A model generated the notes under the pieces. That model did no database searches. It was given only the letters and a program-made list of their open reading frames with translations, and was not told the DNA's origin. Shown here piece by piece: positions 29,418 to 40,230 of a stretch of DNA of 64,000 nt. Location: assembly GCA_963823665.1 (NCBI GenBank), contig CAWGMQ010000005.1, positions 512,001-576,000 of the forward strand, given 5' to 3'. The DNA is from an uncultured Planctomycetota bacterium. GTDB lineage: Bacteria; Planctomycetota; Planctomycetia; Isosphaerales; Isosphaeraceae. Each line of letters opens with the position of its first letter. The first letter of the stretch is position 1. The translations under genes were made by a program, and so were the position numbers.

Positions 29418-31253
29418 ATGTCCACTAAAGTGCAGGCGAGGCGAAAACCAACCGCACCAAAACGATCCAGCGAAATTCACGCCGGGATGGGTGCCGTTGT
29501 CCATGACGGTGGAACAGCCTTCCGGGTCTGGGCTCCGCACGCCGATAAGGTCTTCGTGACGGGATCTTTCAACAACTGGTCCGACGACCGCGATCCGATG
29601 ACCGCCGAGCCCGGTGGTTTCTGGTACGCAGACCTTGATCATGCTGGCATCGGCGCTGAATATCGTTACCTCATCCACAACGGCTCAAGTCAATTGTCCC
29701 GAATCGACCCTTACGCGCGCGAAGTCACCAACTCGATTGGAAACAGCGTCATTCACGACCCTTCGTTCCCGTGGGATGACGATCAGTTTGTCATGCCGCC
29801 CTGGAATGAACTGGTCATCTATGAGCTCCACATCGGAACGTTCAACGATGCCCCAGGAGGCGCTCCTGGTACCTTCGCCGACGCCGAAAACAAGCTCGGG
29901 CATTTGAGAGCAATCGGAGTGAACGCAATCGAGATCATGCCCGCCGCCGAATTTGCGGGGGATTTTTCGTGGGGCTACAATCCCGCCCACATCTTCGCCA
30001 TTGAGAGTTCCTACGGCGGCCCTCGGGCGTTCAAGCAGTTCGTGAAAAAAGCCCATCAAACCGGAATCGCGGTGATCCTGGATGTCGTGTACAACCACTT
30101 CGGACCCAGCGACCTTCATCTATGGCAGTTCGACGGCTGGAGTGAAAACGGCTTGGGCGGAATCTATTTCTATAATGACTGGCGGTGCGAAACACCCTGG
30201 GGAAAGAGCCGCCCGGACTACGGTCGCGGCGAAGTGCGTCAATTTATTCGTGATAATGCGATGATGTGGCTCGAGGACTATCATGTCGACGGCCTTCGGT
30301 ACGATATGACGCTCTACATGCGCCAGGTTCGCGGCGATGGTGGTTGCGAGCTTCCCGATGGCTGGGGATTGGCGCAATGGATCAATGGCGAGATCAACAG
30401 CCGGTTTCCCGGCCGGCTCACGATTGCTGAAGATTTGCAGAACAATGAGTGGCTCACCAAGGACGTCGGAGCCGGCGGTGCCGGCTTTGGATCTCAATGG
30501 GACGCAGGGTTCGTCCATCCCGTTCGGGCTGCCGTCGCCACCCCCGACGACGCGCAGCGCAGCATGCAGGCGGTGCGCGATGCCATCTGCCATCGCTACA
30601 ACATTGATTCGTTCGAGCGCGTCATTTACAGCGAGTCTCACGACGAGGTCGCCAATGGCAAGGCACGCGTCCCCTCGGAGGTTGACTCTGATTCTCCCGA
30701 GAACTGGTTCGCCAAGAAGCGATCCACGCTTGCGGCGGCACTCGTCTTCACATCCCCGGGAATCCCGATGCTATTCCAGGGCCAGGAGTTTCTCCAGTCC
30801 GGCTGGTTTCAAGACACCGTTCCGCTCGACTGGGATCTGACCGACGCCCATGAAGGGCTCGTCGGCCTCTACTGCGACCTCATCCGCCTCCGTCTGAACA
30901 AGACCGGCACAACCAGAGGCCTGTGTGGGCAGCACGTGAAAGTACACCATGTGAACGACCACGACAAAGTCCTCGCGTTCCATCGCTGGGATCAGGGCGG
31001 GCCGGGTGACGACGTGATCGTTGTGACGAATTTCTCATCACGAGAGTTCCACAACTATCGAATCGGCTTGCCCCAAGGCGGCGTCTGGAAGTTACGTCTC
31101 AACAGCGATTGGACGGGCTACAGCCCGGAATTTAAGAACCTTCATAGCTGCGACATGACCGCCAGCTCACCCGATTGCGACGGCGGTTCGTACCACGGCG
31201 AATTCTCGATCGCTCCCTACAGCTTTCTGATATTCTCTCAGGATAAATCCTGA
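29418..31253 (+). CDS. GH13 alpha-amylase family, glucan branching enzyme-like with CBM48
   Basis: FRVWAPHA, WGYNP, LDVVYNH, DGLRYD, IAED, ESHDE; GGAGG RBS. Confidence 0.9.
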   Translation: MSTKVQARRKPTAPKRSSEIHAGMGAVVHDGGTAFRVWAPHADKVFVTGSFNNWSDDRDPMTAEPGGFWYADLDHAGIGAEYRYLIHNGSSQLSRIDPYAREVTNSIGNSVIHDPSFPWDDDQFVMPPWNELVIYELHIGTFNDAPGGAPGTFADAENKLGHLRAIGVNAIEIMPAAEFAGDFSWGYNPAHIFAIESSYGGPRAFKQFVKKAHQTGIAVILDVVYNHFGPSDLHLWQFDGWSENGLGGIYFYNDWRCETPWGKSRPDYGRGEVRQFIRDNAMMWLEDYHVDGLRYDMTLYMRQVRGDGGCELPDGWGLAQWINGEINSRFPGRLTIAEDLQNNEWLTKDVGAGGAGFGSQWDAGFVHPVRAAVATPDDAQRSMQAVRDAICHRYNIDSFERVIYSESHDEVANGKARVPSEVDSDSPENWFAKKRSTLAAALVFTSPGIPMLFQGQEFLQSGWFQDTVPLDWDLTDAHEGLVGLYCDLIRLRLNKTGTTRGLCGQHVKVHHVNDHDKVLAFHRWDQGGPGDDVIVVTNFSSREFHNYRIGLPQGGVWKLRLNSDWTGYSPEFKNLHSCDMTASSPDCDGGSYHGEFSIAPYSFLIFSQDKS

Positions 31254-31259
31254 TCCGAT

Positions 31260-31302
31260 CCACGATGGGCAGCAAGACAATGTCACCTCGGCGCACCCTC
31301 AT
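31260..31302 (-). pseudogene. PemK/MazF toxin N-terminal stub
   Basis: ATGA overlap with upstream stop; reads MRVRRGDIVLLP then loses similarity. Confidence 0.5.
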
Positions 31303-31577
31303 GACTTTTTGTGGGTGTCGTAGTCGTTGTAGTCGTCCATGTCGGGATCGTCCCAGCCGGCAGCCGCCGCCGATCGGGCCGTGAGCCGATAGAGCTCACG
31401 AGGATCAAACTCCTCCCCATCAGCGATCAGGACGTTGAGCTTCTCGTATTGCTCGGCCCGCATCAGGACGTACTGCACGTTCGTGGCCGCATCAACGAGG
31501 TGGAGGGGGCATCCGCCCTCCATTTCGATGGCCTGCCGTAGATCGTCGGGAAGGTTGGTCGTCATGGCATCTTCCAA
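31299..31577 (-). CDS. Small acidic hypothetical protein, putative antitoxin
   Basis: YVLMRAEQYE...GWDDPDMDDY; coupled to the PemK-like stub. Confidence 0.6.
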   Translation of the reverse strand: MEDAMTTNLPDDLRQAIEMEGGCPLHLVDAATNVQYVLMRAEQYEKLNVLIADGEEFDPRELYRLTARSAAAAGWDDPDMDDYNDYDTHKKS

Positions 31578-31665
31578 GGTTTCGGAAAGCTGAGCTCAGT
31601 CTACCAGAAACCAGTCACAGAGCCCAGCGGAGAACTGCTCGTAGGCCGCGCGCCGAGCGCTCCGC

Positions 31666-34209
31666 TCAACGGATGTCCCCGCCGATCGGATCCCCTGGTG
31701 GTGGATTGGTCGTCGGCGTTCTTCGGTCAGTCGCTGCGGGTCGTCGCAGGAAACGTTCGATCTCCTCACGGATCGCGGTCCGATGCGCGTCGGCGGAAAT
31801 CCCCTCTCCCCGCCATGGATAGATCGGGTTCGCCAGCCGTCTCAGGGCTTCCGACGCCACCGCGCGCACCTCGTGACCCGCCGTATCGCTTTCTCCCAGT
31901 TCCATCAAGCGCTGGACGACCAGTGTTTGCTCGGCGCGGGCGATCGCCCGCGCCCGGCCGTCGCGGTTCGGGGCTGTCCGCCAGGTCTCCTCCACGAGCT
32001 TGGCGACGATTTCGGCAAAGTCGGGATACTTTGGGTCTCTGCTGTGAAATTCGTTGAGCCGCGCCGCTCGTTCCGTCTGAAGCAGCCCGCTCACTGCAAT
32101 ATCGGCCGCGACGGTCGCCGCGGCGATCGGGTCGAAGAGCTTACCTGTCGCTTTCTCGAAGAGATCGGCGGTTCCCGAAGGTTGATCAAACGCACGCGGC
32201 GGAATCAGCTCGAGGATTCGCGCGGGGAGAACCAGCGTCTCGGGTCGCAGCGTGCTGAGGACGGCCGAAAGCGCCTCGCGCTGGGCGTCGGCCGGCACGA
32301 TGGCGACGACGGGTTCCGGGCTCGCCTTCCCATCGTCCTTCACCGAGTAAGAGTAGTTGACCCCGCCCACGGACTTGAGCGCCGCGACGAGCTGGTATCG
32401 ATGGTGCAAATAGAGAGGCAGCAGCTTGGCTTCCAGATCCGCAAGCGGCGCACCCTCGGCGATCCTTCCCAGGCCGAACGACTCCAGCCCGATTCTGCGC
32501 ACCTCCATTTCGTGGCGCAGCATGGCCGCGGGGTTGTCGCCGTTATCCCACAGGCTGGCAAGCGGGTGCGCCGCGCCCGCGGGCCTGGCGTCGGCGTCCG
32601 ACACGAACAGCAGGCCGTCGGCAATTCCTTTGTGGACGATCGCGGCCAGCTCTTTCGCTTCGTCGGCACCGGGCGGAAAAGAGGCGTAAGCATATTTCGC
32701 GGCGAAGCAGTCGTAAGCCCCGATCCCTTTGCTGTAGGCGTCAGAGAGGTCGAGCTTGCCGTTCTTGATCTTCACGAGAGGCGCGGGGTAGTCCATCACC
32801 GAATTACGCCCCCGGGCGCTCGCGGCGAAGTTGTGTGCGAACCCGAGCGTGTGGCCCACCTCGTGTGCCGAGAGCTGGCGAATGCGTGCCAGAACCGTGT
32901 CGCGAAGCGCGGAGTTGCCGTCAAGATCCCCCAGGTATTCCGGCCCCGGGATCGCACCGGCCGCACAGCCGTCCCTGCCGTCCCCGCCCGCGGTCAGGCC
33001 CGCGCCGATCAAGGCGAATTGCCGTCCACGAAGCGAGTCCAGGCTGACGCGCCCGTTGAGAATCTCACCCGTTCGAGGGTCGACGACCGTGTGCCCGTAC
33101 GACCAGCCACGGGTTGCTCGGTGCACCCACTGGATCATGTTGTAGCGAAGGTCCATCGCGTCGGCATCGGCGGGCAGCACTTCGACCCGGAAGGCGTTGG
33201 TGAATCCCGCCGCCTCGAACGCTGACTTCCACCACGAGGCCCCGTCGACGAGTGCCTGGCGAATCGGCTCGGGCGCACCCGGGTCAACGTAGTAAACAAT
33301 CGGTTCAACCGGGTCGGAAATCGCCGCACTCGGGTCCTTCTTGGTGAGCCGGTGCCGGACGATCCACTGCCGCTCGACGCGTTGATCAAACGGCGTGGCG
33401 AAGTCGTAGAAGTCAACGGTGCCCACGCCGACGCGGGGGTCGGCCTTGCGCGGCTTGAAGCGGCCGTCAAGCGGCGGCAGCGCCACCAGTGAATGCCTCA
33501 ATCGGACGGTCACCACCTGCCCCGATGCCGCGGTCTCCGCCACGAGTTTGCCCGCTTCCCCATCGGTGGCGAACGTCAGGAGCGCCTCGACCTCGGTATT
33601 CCTGGCGAAACCCTTTGTGCGCGAGGGATCGATCGAGCTGCGATTCTCGTCGAGCTTGTAAGTCCCTTGCTTGGACGCGCGAAGACGCTCGGCCACGCCG
33701 TGGGCGTCGTGGAGGAAGAACTCGGTGGCATCGACGAGAATCCGGCCATTCTCTTCCGCCTCGACCTTGAATCCAGCTTGCACTGAGCTCGCGAACGACT
33801 CTTCCACGGCTCTCCGCTCGGCCGGATTATCGCTCAGAGCCCGGTACTTGAGATTGCGCTCGATGAGCAAAACCTTCGGGCCGATCCGCCGAAAGAACAC
33901 GACCTTGCTATCGCCGAGCTGCCCGCGGTCCAGGCCCACCGGGTTCGATCCGAGCCCGGAGGCGAGCGCGATCTGATAGAGGAATTCCGAGTCGAGCCGC
34001 TCGACCTTCATGAAGAGTTTCCCCGCGCGTTCGTCCCAGTAGAGAGGGAAAAACCCGCCAATCTCGCGGAGCCCCTTGGTTTTTTCGGTGATCGTGACCG
34101 GAGGGCCCGATTTGTCCTGCTCGGGCGGTTTCGTGCCGGCCCCTGTTTGTGAGGAAGGATCGAATATGAAGTAGCTCAGGAGCGCGAGCGTCAGTGTGAG
34201 AACGGTCAT
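31666..34209 (-). CDS. Secreted zinc metalloprotease (DUF5117/DUF4953 Met-zincin type)
   Basis: HEVGHTLGFAHN, SVMDY Met-turn, signal peptide. Confidence 0.9.
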   Translation of the reverse strand: MTVLTLTLALLSYFIFDPSSQTGAGTKPPEQDKSGPPVTITEKTKGLREIGGFFPLYWDERAGKLFMKVERLDSEFLYQIALASGLGSNPVGLDRGQLGDSKVVFFRRIGPKVLLIERNLKYRALSDNPAERRAVEESFASSVQAGFKVEAEENGRILVDATEFFLHDAHGVAERLRASKQGTYKLDENRSSIDPSRTKGFARNTEVEALLTFATDGEAGKLVAETAASGQVVTVRLRHSLVALPPLDGRFKPRKADPRVGVGTVDFYDFATPFDQRVERQWIVRHRLTKKDPSAAISDPVEPIVYYVDPGAPEPIRQALVDGASWWKSAFEAAGFTNAFRVEVLPADADAMDLRYNMIQWVHRATRGWSYGHTVVDPRTGEILNGRVSLDSLRGRQFALIGAGLTAGGDGRDGCAAGAIPGPEYLGDLDGNSALRDTVLARIRQLSAHEVGHTLGFAHNFAASARGRNSVMDYPAPLVKIKNGKLDLSDAYSKGIGAYDCFAAKYAYASFPPGADEAKELAAIVHKGIADGLLFVSDADARPAGAAHPLASLWDNGDNPAAMLRHEMEVRRIGLESFGLGRIAEGAPLADLEAKLLPLYLHHRYQLVAALKSVGGVNYSYSVKDDGKASPEPVVAIVPADAQREALSAVLSTLRPETLVLPARILELIPPRAFDQPSGTADLFEKATGKLFDPIAAATVAADIAVSGLLQTERAARLNEFHSRDPKYPDFAEIVAKLVEETWRTAPNRDGRARAIARAEQTLVVQRLMELGESDTAGHEVRAVASEALRRLANPIYPWRGEGISADAHRTAIREEIERFLRRPAATDRRTPTTNPPPGDPIGGDIR

Positions 34210-34393
34210 GCAGTGATCTCCCCAAAGAGGAGATGCCGAAGGTCGGCGGCCATGGCAAGACTCCGTGGCGCGACATCGCCCCGACTCGACCCCGAGCGGC
34301 GCCGGCTTGGAGGGAAACGTCGCGTGGGGAAGATTATCCCATACACGTTCGGCCTGTGCACCCCGCCGATCCACTTTCTCGCCTCTGGCCCGT

Positions 34394-34418
34394 GGAAAAG
34401 GTGTCAGGAACCTTTTCC
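34394..34418. repeat. REP-like palindrome family A, copy 2
   Basis: GGAAAAGGT-GTCAGGA-ACCTTTTCC perfect 9-bp stem. Confidence 0.7.
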
Positions 34419-34420
34419 CA

Positions 34421-34720
34421 TCAATTGCCACGCCGCTCGAGCATCCGACGAGTCACGATCATCCGATCCGAAAACCGGAGCCGTTCCACATCATATAGTG
34501 TCGTCACCTGCGTCGGGCCCGCCGGGCCCCGGCGCCGCACCACCACAATCTCCGATCCGTCAGATGCCCGGTTCGCGGTCACAACGTATTGCGACCGCCG
34601 GCCCCGAAACACGGCTGTGTCTCGTCCGCCGTCACCGTGGATCGTGTTGATGAGCCCGTTCACGTCGATCGTGTCATTGCCCGCCGCTGCGCAAATGACG
34701 TTATTGGCGCTGGAGCGGCC
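34421..34720 (-). pseudogene. Fragment of an RTX-like calcium-binding secreted protein
   Basis: GNDTI...IHGDGGRDTAVFRG..SQY...TLYDVERLRFSD; no credible N-terminus. Confidence 0.5.
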
Positions 34721-34817
34721 CGGATCGTGTCGGCTTCCCCCCCGCCCCAGATCACCATGTCGGGAATGAACTGCGGAGTCCCCAGTCCACGCAGCGTCTC
34801 TGACCGACAGCCCCAAT

Positions 34818-34844
34818 CATTGTCGCCCTTCGCTCCGCGAAGGG
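34818..34844. repeat. REP-like palindrome family B, intergenic copy
   Basis: CATTGTCGCCCTTCGCTCCGCGAAGGG; exact reverse complement at 61010..61036. Confidence 0.8.
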
Positions 34845-34856
34845 GAGTGCGTCATT

Positions 34857-36383
34857 TCACCTCACACGCCACTCGCGCTGCCCAATGTCCAGAATGAACC
34901 CGGTCGTATTCGAGGAATGAACCTCTTCGCCCTGAACGAAATCGACAACCGTGCCGCCGGTGATGAGGATCTCTGCCGTGCCGATCGGCGTCGCTCGATG
35001 TCCGTAGATCCACCCGGGGCTCTTGCCGGTCGTCACTAATGGTTCCATCCGGAACGTGCGCGTATCGAGCCGATACACGGGCGTGACTCCATATCTTCGC
35101 GTGCCCTGATAGCCCACCGATCCAATCAAGTAAATCTGCTCTCCCATCAGCGTGGCCGTATGAAAATCCGTTGGCGGAAACACCGCCTCCGGATATCCGA
35201 AAATCGTCACACCTCCTGCGCCATCGTGTACGAATACGTCGTTGTAAATGCAAAATTCCGGGTCGTAGAAGTCTTCGTGCTCACCCGCGATTTGTACGAT
35301 CCGCCCGTCCGGTAAGAGCGTCAGAGATTGCCCGAACCGCTGAGCGCACCATACAGGGCCGTTTTCTCGGGCTGCGGATGCGCGCCCAGCTTCACACAAC
35401 GTCTTCGCTTCATACGGACTGATGCCGGAGCGAATCATTGCCGTCCAGAATGGAATCTCCATTCTCTCCGGATTGCACGTACCAAACCGCCGCGCCCGGC
35501 CTTTCCGAAACTCCCTCGCCGATACCTTCAGCAGCTCTGCGTCGGATTCCGGCGCGTACCCCACGATCGCGCGCCTGGCTTGGTCGGGCAGCTCGAGCGG
35601 ATCGGCCCCGGCGTCCAGCAGCAACAGGGCCATTTCTCGAGTACAGGCGCTGTTCAAAGCCGTCTGGAATTGAGCGCCCTCGTTCACCTCCGCGCCGGCG
35701 TCCAGTAGCAGCCGCGCGATTTCCACGCTGCCCGACTCCACTGCCGTTACCAGTGCCGTTCTTCCAAAATCATCCTTCTGGGTTATGTCGATGCCAATTC
35801 CCAGAAGCCACCTGAGCATCTCTGGTTCGCGATTGAGAATCCCGTAGAAGAACGCGGGCGTGCCGCACCGCCCCCGTGCATTCACCTCCGCGCCCGCCGC
35901 GCGAAGTTTCTCGGCCGTGTTGATATCCCCCGTTTGCACGGCGATGATCCACGCCGTTCTCTCCCAGTGGTCGCGCTCTTCCAGATCCGGTCCGCAAGCA
36001 ATCGCGCGCTCAACATCCTCGAGCGTACCGAAGGCAACAGCCTCGATCAGCGGCGTGAACGCGACGTCGGCGGGATCAGCATCCAGGTCAAGCAAGCTCC
36101 GGACCGCATCAAATCGGCCAAGACGTGACAGGACGCGAACTGCCGACTCGCCATAAGCCGACCTGCCGCGCGGCGATACCCCGTTTGCAATGAGAAGTTC
36201 CAGAAGCTCGATGAGTTTCGCATCGTGCAACACGTCCCGACCGTGCACGGCGTTGATGAGCGCGTCATATCCGTTTTCGTCGCAGTACAGGACATTCGCC
36301 CCTGCGGCGATGAGCGCCCTTACCTCAGCCGGGTCTCCCGCACCAAGTGCTCTCCGCAGCGACGTCTCTTGCTCTGACAACAA
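34857..36383 (-). CDS. Ankyrin-repeat protein with Kelch-like C-terminal domain
   Basis: TPLIEA, GRTALVTA, LLDAGAEVN repeats; IAGEHEDFYDP, FHTATL, GHRAT; start (TTG) inferred from GGAGA RBS. Confidence 0.8.
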   Translation of the reverse strand: MLSEQETSLRRALGAGDPAEVRALIAAGANVLYCDENGYDALINAVHGRDVLHDAKLIELLELLIANGVSPRGRSAYGESAVRVLSRLGRFDAVRSLLDLDADPADVAFTPLIEAVAFGTLEDVERAIACGPDLEERDHWERTAWIIAVQTGDINTAEKLRAAGAEVNARGRCGTPAFFYGILNREPEMLRWLLGIGIDITQKDDFGRTALVTAVESGSVEIARLLLDAGAEVNEGAQFQTALNSACTREMALLLLDAGADPLELPDQARRAIVGYAPESDAELLKVSAREFRKGRARRFGTCNPERMEIPFWTAMIRSGISPYEAKTLCEAGRASAARENGPVWCAQRFGQSLTLLPDGRIVQIAGEHEDFYDPEFCIYNDVFVHDGAGGVTIFGYPEAVFPPTDFHTATLMGEQIYLIGSVGYQGTRRYGVTPVYRLDTRTFRMEPLVTTGKSPGWIYGHRATPIGTAEILITGGTVVDFVQGEEVHSSNTTGFILDIGQREWRVR

Positions 36384-36409
36384 TAGTCTCTCCCTCGTCC
36401 CCGTTTGCG

Positions 36410-38231
36410 CTACCGCGCCTTTGGCGCCGCCCCGGTCTTCAACCCCACCGGCCCCGTCGGCGTGAACGCCGCCCAGTAGAAAGGGTGCGCAGCACGGCCC
36501 GCCTCGCGGCGGGCTTTGATCACCGCTGGCTGCGCGAAATGAAGTGCGTCGCAATAGCTCCGTCCTGCGGCCAGCTCTTCCCAGGACCGAATCATCAAGT
36601 CCGCAGTTTCCTCATCCGGAACCTGCCAGAGTGAGGCGATCACCGTGCTCGCGCCCGCAAGCTGAAACGCCTCGCGCATACCCGCAATCCCCTCTCCTAG
36701 CCGCGGATCACCCAGCCCCGTCTCGCAGGCGCTCAGTACCACCAGCTCCGTCCCGCGGAGATCGATCCCCACCACCTCGAGGCCCGTGAGAATGCCGTCA
36801 TCGTCGTCGGGCGTCGCATTCAACAGCCGCTGATTCGCGCCGGCCAGCACCAGCCCGCAGCGCAAGAGCGGGTTCTCCATCGCTCGCGACCTCGGGCTTC
36901 CCGCTCGAGAGAATGCACTCGCTACGGCGCCAGGGCGCTGCGCTGGCGACTCCGGCCGCTGATCGGGCAGGAAAAAACCGTGCGTTGCCAGGAGCAGCAC
37001 GCGCTCCGAAAGCACAACCAGCAGCTTGCGAAGCTCGGCCTCAGCCTCGGCCTCACCCTTGCGCGTGATCTCCTCGGCGGAATTGCGCATCGCCTTCCGG
37101 TACTCCGATACCGCACGCTCGATCGCCTCGGCCGGGCCCAGATCGACGAGCCGAACTTCCCCCATCCCCTCCGGCGGAAAGACCCACGCGGCATAGCGTG
37201 CCGGCTGCCACCAGCTTACTTCTTTGCCGTGGTGGAAATTGAATACGCCGAACCGCGCGATCTCGACCAGCACGCTCTGGCGCTCGAGCGCCCGCTGAAT
37301 GATGCGGTCCGTCACCCAAGGGTCGTCTCGACTGCGAACGCCGCGAGCCTCCCTCAACCGCGCTGCCAGCTCCTGCTCTTGCCGGCTCAATGATTCGACG
37401 AGCGTCGCCCCGGCGGCGTTCTTGTCCGGCGCGGCCTCGTTCGAGGAGAGTGCCGCTTGCGCCAGCCGCGAACGAACGGCCTCGAGCTGGCGCACCGTCT
37501 CGACCATGTTCGAATCCCGGCTCTGCCGTGCCAGAAGCGTCCGTTCCGCCAGCGTCTGCTGTGCCCAAGCCCTTTCCGTTCAAGATCCAGTCGGCCGACC
37601 TCTGGACCGCACCGGAATCATTGCGCTGCTCGAGCCCGAGCGAATAGGCCGTCCAGAGCGACGCGCTGTCGATCTCCGCGAGGAAGATGAGCTGCTCGCG
37701 TTCCGACAACGCAAGCAGCACCTGCTGGATGTGGCCGCGAAAGCCTCGGCGAGCCCGGTCTTCGTTCTCGATCGCCTCGCGCGCCTCGGCCCGGACGTCT
37801 TCACCACGGGCAAGATAAAGCGCAGCAAGGTTGGTCAAGATCGCTGCGTACTCGAGGCTGGAAGTCCCGTAGGCAGCCTTCGTGATTTCGAGGGATTCGG
37901 CAGACAGTGGCTCCGCCTTGGCGTAGTCGCCGTGGCGCACGTAGAGCGAGCCGAGATTGCTCCGGCTGTCGACTGTCAGAAAGTTCTTCTTCCCCAGGAC
38001 TCGCTCCTTGATCCGCAATGCCAGAGCGAAGAGCTCTAGCTCGCGGAATTTCGCGCCCAGTGAAATCAGCTCCTGGCTGATCTGGGGAAGTGTTCGCGGC
38101 GCGGTTGCAGCCTTGGGCTGCGGCGTGGATTGTTTGGCCTGCTCCAGGGGCCCTTTGCCGCCCTCGCCACTGGCCTGCGCCGCCATCACCAGGCTCGCGA
38201 CCAAGCAAACTGTCCCGAACGGTGGCGGCAT
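36410..38231 (-). pseudogene. Secreted TPR-CHAT (caspase-like) protein with internal deletions and a frameshift near 37560
   Basis: ATHGFF, VLSACETGLG, SLWQVPD, HPFYWAAF; few TPRs; SERVL runs straight into LLATHG. Confidence 0.75.
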
Positions 38232-38234
38232 CGC

Positions 38235-39980
38235 TTATCTCCCGGATGCCGCTCCCAGCTTCGGTAGATCCAGGAGCGCCCAGTGAGGATATCCCAGAAT
38301 CTTGCTGAAGTGCCCCAGCGGCGGCCGGCGGCCATCCGGCTTCTGGTTGTACAGGATCGTGAGCTGCAGGTCGATCAAAATCGGATGTGCCGAAGCAAAG
38401 TAGCCGTGCCCGAGGAACGACGTGTTCACCTGGTCGGCATTGATGGTGTCGAGCCCATCGGCGAAGAAAGGCCCCAGGCCCACCGGCTTGTCCATATGCA
38501 GCGTACGCGACGCCAGCAGCGCGCGATCATACTGGCAGTAATAAAGCGTGGTCGAAGCGCTCTGACGAATAACCCCGGGCACAAGCGCGCTGAAGGTGGT
38601 AGCATCCACGTCCGGCGCCGCCAGCGCCACGTGCCCGAAGATCCGCCGCGCATCCCCCACGTTCTGCTCCAGCTCGAACTGCCGCGCCGCCTGGAGAAAC
38701 AGCCGGTTGCCCATGCTATGCACAATCGCGTGCACCTTGCGGCTCTTCTCCGAAGTACCAGCGGCGCGTGTAAGCTGCTTGAGCACTTCAACGAGCGCGC
38801 CGACGCTCCGGGCATTCTGAGTCTCGTCGTGCGCATAGCCGTCGAGCGCGCCCTGCGAAGGCCAGCTAAACGTCACACCCTTTCCGGCAAAGTTGAGGTC
38901 GTGCACAAGCTGAGCAGTCCGCAGGATCGCATCTTCAAGCGAAGTGTTGTAGCCGTGAACAAAAAGCAAGATGTCGTCTGCACCCAGCGTTTGAAGAAAG
39001 GCATCAAGCTCGAGCGTGGTGAAGGCCTCGATCAGAAAGTACTTTCTCGGGTCGCGGCTCTGCCACCAGTAGCTCGGCAGCTCGATCTCACCCCGCGTGT
39101 GGTGTTCGATGGGAATATTCACCAGGCACGACCCGTAGGTCACCTGCGCACCCGCTTCTGTCCCGAACCGCGTTGTTCCAACCGCCGCTGGCGCAGCCAC
39201 CGCGCGGTTGGTCGCGTAGAACATTAATCGCTTCGGCTTGCCCGTGGATTCGGCAAGGCTCGCCCACGGTTTCCCGTCGAGCGCCCGGGCGGACGACTCG
39301 ATTCCCGTTTCATCCGGCGGCGCATCCCCGCGAGTGTGCACGACTGGAGGCCTGGAAAACTCACCCGGTATCTCCACGTTCACGGCCCGCCTCTCATGGC
39401 GCACTTCCGTCACGTCCGTTTCAATCTCGACGTCCCGAGCGATGGGTTTCCCATCCTTGATCACATATGCCTTGCGCATCTCCCGCTTCGGCCGCACGGA
39501 ATCGATCTCGTCGCGCTGAACGGTTTTCGTCCGTGATCGCGTCGAGACGACCAGCGGCGACATGGGAGTGGCGCGGACAAAATCAACGCGCCCGTCGCGC
39601 ACCCCACGCAGCTCATACGCCAGCTCATAACGCCCGGGCGCCAGCTTGATGCTCGCAAACGGTACCACGAAGCGAGCGTCAAGCGCATTCCCGTCCTTGG
39701 ATCGCTCGAGTGTCAGCCGCGTCAACCAGTGGCCCTTTTCGTCGCGATGGCCTTCGTCACCGGCCACAACCGCGCTGACCTCGCCACCACCGCCTGCGCT
39801 TCTCACGAAAGCCCGCAGCTCAAGCGCAATTGAGTCCTCCCCCGGGAATAACAATACCGACACAGCGACCAGGTCGCCCGGCGGGTCGATTGACCCGTCG
39901 GCGATGAGCTCGAGCTTCAACAGCGTCGCCGCTCCCGCGGAGGTCTGAGTACCGAAGACCAGCGCCGCAGCGAGCAGCAT
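38235..39980 (-). CDS. Secreted DUF900-family alpha/beta hydrolase; start uncertain
   Basis: FYATNR, FVHGYN, FSWPS, HSMGN, LAAPD, GHGYF. Confidence 0.85.
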   Translation of the reverse strand: MLLAAALVFGTQTSAGAATLLKLELIADGSIDPPGDLVAVSVLLFPGEDSIALELRAFVRSAGGGGEVSAVVAGDEGHRDEKGHWLTRLTLERSKDGNALDARFVVPFASIKLAPGRYELAYELRGVRDGRVDFVRATPMSPLVVSTRSRTKTVQRDEIDSVRPKREMRKAYVIKDGKPIARDVEIETDVTEVRHERRAVNVEIPGEFSRPPVVHTRGDAPPDETGIESSARALDGKPWASLAESTGKPKRLMFYATNRAVAAPAAVGTTRFGTEAGAQVTYGSCLVNIPIEHHTRGEIELPSYWWQSRDPRKYFLIEAFTTLELDAFLQTLGADDILLFVHGYNTSLEDAILRTAQLVHDLNFAGKGVTFSWPSQGALDGYAHDETQNARSVGALVEVLKQLTRAAGTSEKSRKVHAIVHSMGNRLFLQAARQFELEQNVGDARRIFGHVALAAPDVDATTFSALVPGVIRQSASTTLYYCQYDRALLASRTLHMDKPVGLGPFFADGLDTINADQVNTSFLGHGYFASAHPILIDLQLTILYNQKPDGRRPPLGHFSKILGYPHWALLDLPKLGAASGR

Positions 39981-40230
39981 CCTCGTCGCGAAGACCACGC
40001 TTTTGGCCCAACCTGTACCGTAACGACTCGCACCCTCGTGAGCAAAACCACACCGACCACAATGACGGCCCAAACCAAACAAAGTCAAGTGCTGAGGCCC
40101 ATTGTCGCCCGCGCATGCGAGCTCTTCAACTGACCCTGCGAATCCTGACTCCCTTGCCAAAGCCCACTGCTCCAATTATTGTTGACGACATGTTGAACAT
40201 CGGGTTCCCTCCCGCCGGAGTCCCCCTCCG

